NCBI GenBank assembly: GCA_963768655.1
Contig: CAVYIM010000005.1
Span: 96,001-160,000 of the forward strand
DNA length: 64,000 bases
Direction: 5' to 3'
Source of the DNA: an uncultured Chloroflexia bacterium
Lineage (GTDB): Bacteria > Chloroflexota > Limnocylindria > Limnocylindrales > CSP1-4
Part shown: piece by piece, positions 62,341-64,000 of the stretch
How positions within the stretch are numbered: position 1 is the stretch's first letter
Layout of the letters: every line of letters starts with the position of its first letter
Notes under the pieces: model-generated
Database searches by the model: none
What the model saw: the letters and a program-made list of their open reading frames with translations, nothing else
Told to the model about the DNA's origin: nothing
Program-made: the position numbers and the translations under genes

Positions 62341-63629
62341 GTGAGAGCCAGCCCGGGGGTCGGCAGGGTCCGCAGCTCGACTGGGCGAGCGTTGGCCGGG
62401 TTGGTCCTTGTCGTGGCCATCGCCGGCTGCGCGGGAAGCCCGGCGTCGCCCTCGCCCTCACCGAGCCTCAGCCCGGGCCTGAGCCTGAGCCCGACTGCCA
62501 GCCCGATCGCCAGCCCCACCGTAGCGCCCACGCCTACCCCCTCTCCCACACTGGCATCCACCCTCAGCCCAACCGGCACCTTCGTCGCTACCGGAAGCAT
62601 GGCCCAGCCTCGAATGGATGCCACGGCCACGCTCCTGCCCGACGGCAAAGTCCTGATCGCCGGAGGTAGCGTCGTTCCGGTTTCCCAGGTCGTTGCTTCC
62701 GCGGAACTCTACGACCCTTCCACGCACAAGTTCACTCGGACAGGCTCGATGGCCACGGCTCGCTCGAATGCCGCGGCCACGCTCCTGGCGGACGGGCGTG
62801 TGCTGATCGTCGGTGGCGATGGCTGCCGCAACCTCGCAACATGTCCCGAGCCCGATTCTCTGAAGTCGGCCGAGCTGTACGATCCGACGAGCGGCAGGTT
62901 CACGGCCACAGGCTCGATGTCCGAAGCGCGTGCCAGTGCCACGGCCATACTTCTGCCGGACGGACGGGTCCTGGTCCTTAGCGGCGGCAGCCTTCTGGTC
63001 GAGGCATACGACCCCACGACAGGCAAGTTCACGCGGGCAGGCTCGTTGTTGAACCAATACCAAGATGTGAGGGCGCTGCTGCTGCCTAACGGTAAGGTGC
63101 TGGTAGTGGGCGACGGCCTACCCGGTCTGGGTGCCGAGTTGTTCGATCCGGGCAGCGGCCAGTCCAGCTCGATCTCCGTCCCGCTTCCTTCGGGTGCGGT
63201 CACGACCGTTGTCTATGTGGAGACGGCCACCCTGCTCCAGGACGGACGCGTTCTCCTGCAGGTCTTCGACTCCGACTCTGCAGTGAACTACCTGATCACC
63301 TACGATTCCGCGACAGGATCCTTCACGCAATCTGGGTCAATCGATGCACCCGCCGGTTGGCTTCGGAATACCGCAGTGCTTCTGCGCGATGGCCGAGTGT
63401 TCTTCGCCGGAGGCCTCGTCGCCCCGCTTCGACGCCGGTGAAGATTCACACTGCCGACTCCGCCGGCCTGTATGACCCGACCAGCGGCTTTCACCTGCTC
63501 AGCTCCAAGATGATCCGGGCCCGAGACGACCTAACGGCGACAGCCCTTCCCGACGGCACCGTCTTGATCGCGGGCGGTATCACCGACTACCAGAAGGCCT
63601 TTTCTTCTGCCGAGCTGTTCGAGCCCTGA
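62341..63629 (+). CDS. Kelch-repeat lipoprotein (frameshift ~63425)
   Basis: Lipobox IAG-C; repeats TGSM..R...ATLL.DG.VL..GG...SAELYDP; the last repeat continues in ORF 63357..63629. Confidence 0.85.
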
Positions 63630-64000
63630 AAGAGGCGGCGTCTGAACCGCCTAACCTGTTGTCTCGGCCTCAAGTCCTCTCACCTCCGACGTTGCCCCAC
63701 GCACCTCACTCGAGTCGGCGTTGCGGTTACGGGGCCGGCGCGCCCGCTCCTCCCCCTCAACATCACCCGGTGTAATGCTACGTGCGCGGCCTCGATCGGG
63801 GCGCCTCACCTGCGGGCAACCATCGCCTCGGGCAAGCGGCTCCGAGCGTGGATTCCGCGTCGAGTGTCCGACCTTTCCCGGCCGAGGGCGGATCGCGCCA
63901 CCCGGATGTCATGTTGCATCGCCCGGGGTGATATTGAGCAGAACCGGACGCCTCCGAGGTCGGGTCGCCGCGTCACGCCCGCCGGCCACGCCCCCGCCCG

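Noticed and set aside
63795-63815. M-box riboswitch or 6S RNA call from short motif similarity (AGGTGAGGC; GGCGCCTCACCTG)
   Set aside because: The remaining conserved elements and positions do not fit; left as an unassigned structured candidate.

Overview
High-GC bacterial chromosomal window; gene style suggests Chloroflexota/Actinomycetota-like, which is an impression only. It contains carB and carA, separated by a ~9.5 kb accessory island. The island holds two identical IS256 copies with their own 8-bp target duplications, HigBA and Phd/RelE toxin-antitoxin pairs, pseudogenes and a collinear dispersed repeat between modules. Further on are a phosphorolytic beta-glycan locus (two GH94, one GH130, an oligopeptide-type ABC transporter, a ROK repressor), a diguanylate cyclase, tRNA-Lys(CTT), a giant hybrid histidine kinase, meaB/B12-binding subunit/folE, an ECF sigma with its anti-sigma, a MoxR-DUF58 operon, arsR-trxA and two J-domain paralogs. 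The most striking finding is that carA and carB each carry the same leader: promoter, twin PyrR-binding hairpins, SD plus a leader ORF running through an intrinsic terminator, and a TGA overlapping the car start codon (GTGA). Other candidates are two small RNAs with C-rich loops and a cassette-like repeat array. Several single-base frameshifts look like assembly errors.
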